Origin: Azolla caroliniana
Lineage: Eukaryota; Plantae; Polypodiophyta
Direction: 5' to 3'
Assembly (NCBI GenBank): GCA_043228905.1
Contig: JBHGNT010000016.1
Coordinates: 3,534,001-3,598,000, forward strand
Length of the DNA: 64,000 nt
Shown here one piece after another: positions 63,200 through 64,000 of the stretch. Made by a program: the position numbers and the translations under genes. A model generated the notes under the pieces. That model ran no database searches, was not told the DNA's origin, and worked only from the letters and a program-made list of their open reading frames with translations. The number at the start of each line of letters is the position of its first letter. Position 1 is the stretch's first letter.

Positions 63200-64000
63200 G
63201 CAAAATATAATTTTACTTGATAATGATTTGAAACAACAAGAACAAGTGAAAAAGCAGCATATGTTCACAGGTTATTCAAGGAGCTAGAGGTAACTTCCTC
63301 ATAAAACTTATAGAACTACATGCTACTTGTTCAATACAAATATGAGGCAATTGATACAAGATCAAAACCTCAGTTGTGATCTTGTTTATAATAGTAATGG
63401 ATACTTAATAGATGCGACAAAATACAAATTAATATTAACTTATTGGGATCATAATTGTATCATGCGCTAAAACCTGCACAAGAAAGAACAACCAGATCGA
63501 GATCAAAAGAAGAACATTAAAAACAAATTTACCTTGATTTTTTTAATAATGTGAATCATCACCTTACTACTTATGTTGTACCTTCCTAAACGTTTTGTTA
63601 GTAGTTACCATACGTTTAAGCATCAAAAGTTTATAGAACCCCAACATTTGGGTTAGTTGTTGGAAGAGGAGGAATGAATAAGGTTTTGCCTCAACCACAT
63701 GACCTATCTAATTACTTGTAAGACGCATACATAGAGAATATACACTCGCATGTAATCATTGTTTCTTAGCACATGTATTTCACATGAGATCTTTTCCATG
63801 TGTGCATTGTTTTCCCTTAAATTGTGACATGACAAAGGGAAGATTTTGCATTACACATGTTCCCTTATAGTTTAATGCATTAGTCACGTATGCTCCTCCC
63901 ATGTAATTTGATACATTCATCATATATGTTTCTTTATATTTTAACACAATCATTACACATGTTTGCCACAATTTTCAACATTATGAACTTATATTTTAAC

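Overview
Eukaryotic land-plant nuclear DNA, most likely a fern. This is inferred from abundant PLS-class PPR remnants, a plastid rbcL insert with the fern-type KTFIGPP reading, spliced genes and CpG-decayed repeats. Positions 1-12.6 kb are a nest of LTR retrotransposons: three tRNA-Trp-primed Ty3/gypsy-type elements (a fourth member is a solo LTR at ~21 kb) sit inside a Ty1/copia element. The rest is AT-rich intergenic DNA with decayed LINEs, MITEs, PPR fragments and an rbcL NUPT. Host genes are a 4-exon IQD gene, two tandem tRNA-Asp(GTC) genes immediately upstream of a spliced coiled-coil gene, a Ser/Pro-rich orphan ORF, and an nsLTP-like gene with an acidic pro-region. Two observations stand out. 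(i) All four insertions of the Trp-primed gypsy family sit at CG-centred 4-bp sites (NCGG). (ii) A near full-length LINE is fused at its ORF2 stop to a PPR coding fragment, and the unit is bounded by a 20-bp direct repeat, suggesting LINE-mediated PPR mobilisation. All calls were made by eye, without database searches.
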